From contig JAKJGK010000001.1 of the NCBI GenBank assembly GCA_022704435.1, forward strand, positions 33,554 to 97,553: a stretch of 64,000 nucleotides of DNA, read 5' to 3'. Under the pieces are notes generated by a model. It was not told the origin of the DNA. It made no database searches and worked only from the letters and a program-made list of their open reading frames with translations. This document shows, one piece after another, positions 62,898-64,000 of the stretch (positions within the stretch are counted from its first letter, which is position 1; every line of letters begins with the position of its first letter). Made by a program: the position numbers and the translations under genes. Origin of the DNA: Synergistota bacterium. Its GTDB lineage: Bacteria > Synergistota > Synergistia > Synergistales > Aminobacteriaceae.

Positions 62898-64000
62898 ATG
62901 AGCTTTTTCGTCACAGTTTTGGTGTTCGCCCTAGGGGTTGCCGCCGGGGTGGGGGCTGGATTCCTGTTCTCCAAGTCTTTCGGCGCGAAGAACATCGAGA
63001 AGGCAAGAGCGCAGGCGCGCGCAATACTAAGGGAGGCCGCCATGGCGGCGGAGCAGGGGAAACGAGAGAAACTCACCGAGGCAAAGGAAGAAGCGTTCAA
63101 ACTTCGCCAGGAGATAGAGCGCGAGGGGAAGGAGCGCCGCTCCGAACTGCAGCGGGCCGAGAGGCGCCTTGAGCAGAAGGAGGAAAACCTCGACAAGAAG
63201 CTCGACCGGGTGGCCCATCGCGAGGATGAGCTGAAGACGCGACAGGAGAACCTGGAGGAGCGTATGATCGAGGTGGACGAGATCAAGAAGAGGCAGCTCG
63301 AGCGCCTCGAGGAGATCGGGAAGATGACCTCCGACGAGGCAAGAGACCTTCTGTTGCGGCGCACGGAGGACGAGGCGCAGCACCTGTTGGGACTCAGGAT
63401 AAAGGAGCTCGAGGAGAAGGCGAGACGCGAGGCCGACAGGAAGGCGAGGGAGATAATCGTGACGGCCGTGCAGCGATGCGCGGTGGAGCACACGTCCGAG
63501 GCCGCGGTGAGCGTGGTGCATCTGCCCTCAGACGAGATGAAGGGCAGGATAATTGGCAGGGAGGGCCGGAATATCAGGACCTTCGAGACGATCGCCGGGG
63601 TGGATTTGATCGTTGACGACACGCCGGAGGCAGTTACCCTCAGCAGTTTCGACCCGGTCAGGCGCGAGATAGCCAGGTTGGCGCTCGAGCGCCTGGTCGT
63701 GGACGGCAGGATTCACCCTGCCAGGATAGAGGAACTCATCGAAAAGGCCACGAGGGACGTAGAGGCTCAGATAGCGGAGGCCGGAGAGAACGCGCTGCTC
63801 GAGACAGGGGTCAAGAACATGCACCCGGAGCTGGTGCGAACCCTTGGTCAGCTGAAGTTCCGGTTCAGCTACGGACAGAACGCCCTTCAACACAGTCTGG
63901 AGGTGGCCTACCTGTCCGGCATGATAGCTTCGGAGCTGGGAATCGACGAGGAAATCGCCCGCCGCGCCGGACTGCTTCACGACCTGGGCAAGGCGGTGGA
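62898..64000 (+). CDS. rny: Ribonuclease Y (5' part, runs off window)
   Basis: Not in the ORF track because there is no stop in the window; translated by hand from ATG 62898. Translation reads MSFFVTVLVFALGVAAGVGAGFLF (TM), then a long Glu/Arg/Lys coiled-coil, then KH domain LPSDEMKGRIIGREGRNIRTFE, then the start of the HD domain GLLHDLGKAV. Confidence 0.9.
   Translation, partial: MSFFVTVLVFALGVAAGVGAGFLFSKSFGAKNIEKARAQARAILREAAMAAEQGKREKLTEAKEEAFKLRQEIEREGKERRSELQRAERRLEQKEENLDKKLDRVAHREDELKTRQENLEERMIEVDEIKKRQLERLEEIGKMTSDEARDLLLRRTEDEAQHLLGLRIKELEEKARREADRKAREIIVTAVQRCAVEHTSEAAVSVVHLPSDEMKGRIIGREGRNIRTFETIAGVDLIVDDTPEAVTLSSFDPVRREIARLALERLVVDGRIHPARIEELIEKATRDVEAQIAEAGENALLETGVKNMHPELVRTLGQLKFRFSYGQNALQHSLEVAYLSGMIASELGIDEEIARRAGLLHDLGKAV

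Noticed and set aside
62411-63622. 403 aa minus-strand ORF (Ser/Arg-rich), plus 63027..63521 and 63528..63980.
   Set aside because: These are antisense to rny. The real + strand gene is missing from the track only because it has no stop inside the window. My hand translation gives the TM, coiled-coil, KH and HD architecture of RNase Y.
1-64000. CRISPR arrays, IS elements or transposases, integrases, prophage or toxin-antitoxin modules, restriction-modification or other recognisable defence genes.
   Set aside because: None seen. No regularly spaced direct repeats, no terminal inverted repeats flanking an ORF, and no ORF translation with transposase, integrase, nuclease-helicase or defence-type motifs. 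The window reads as core chromosome.

Overview
This is a visibly GC-rich bacterial chromosomal window that is almost entirely housekeeping or core metabolism. I found no CRISPR array, IS element, transposase, integrase or prophage genes. About 68 CDS and one tRNA (Val-CAC) are supported.

Left half (1-29.5 kb, mixed strands):
- BMP-family nucleoside-type ABC importer plus gpt.
- TRAP transporter followed by an IlvD-family dehydratase.
- PfpI/DJ-1 protein, gyrA, and a PSD-like protein.
- Prepilin peptidase and a Usp protein.
- Methylmalonyl-CoA epimerase plus an OadG-like subunit.
- Two-subunit class I fumarate hydratase and a GntR/FCD regulator.
- cstA, a two-subunit 2-oxoacid:ferredoxin oxidoreductase, and a phosphatase operon.

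Right half (29.9-64 kb): every gene is on the + strand.
- A CIRCE-controlled hrcA-grpE-dnaK-dnaJ-prmA-mtaB operon.
- HIT, rpsU and nrdR.
- A Liv branched-chain amino-acid ABC system.
- pgsA, secA and argS.
- rpsF-ssb-rpsR, then yybS-rplI-dnaB.
- A Noc/ParB-like protein, then yggS-sepF-divIVA.
- recG, recX and the 5' part of rny.

The operon orders are Firmicutes-like and the metabolism looks like an amino-acid fermenter (CstA, Liv, OFOR, mce). That would fit a Synergistota-like anaerobe, but it cannot be established without a database search.

I see no obvious defence island. The most interesting candidates are:
1. A divergent Hsp70 paralog plus a J-domain/HEAT-repeat protein, translationally coupled to the end of the dnaK operon.
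2. An orphan Noc-like ParB that overlaps a membrane-anchored beta-rich protein, directly upstream of the yggS-sepF-divIVA division cluster.
3. A phosphatidylserine-decarboxylase-family protein that appears to lack the Gly-Ser self-cleavage site.
4. Several uncharacterised secreted or membrane proteins.

All product calls rest on my own recognition of motifs in the supplied translations. No searches were run. Start codons that I moved away from the ORF-track coordinates are noted in the evidence fields.
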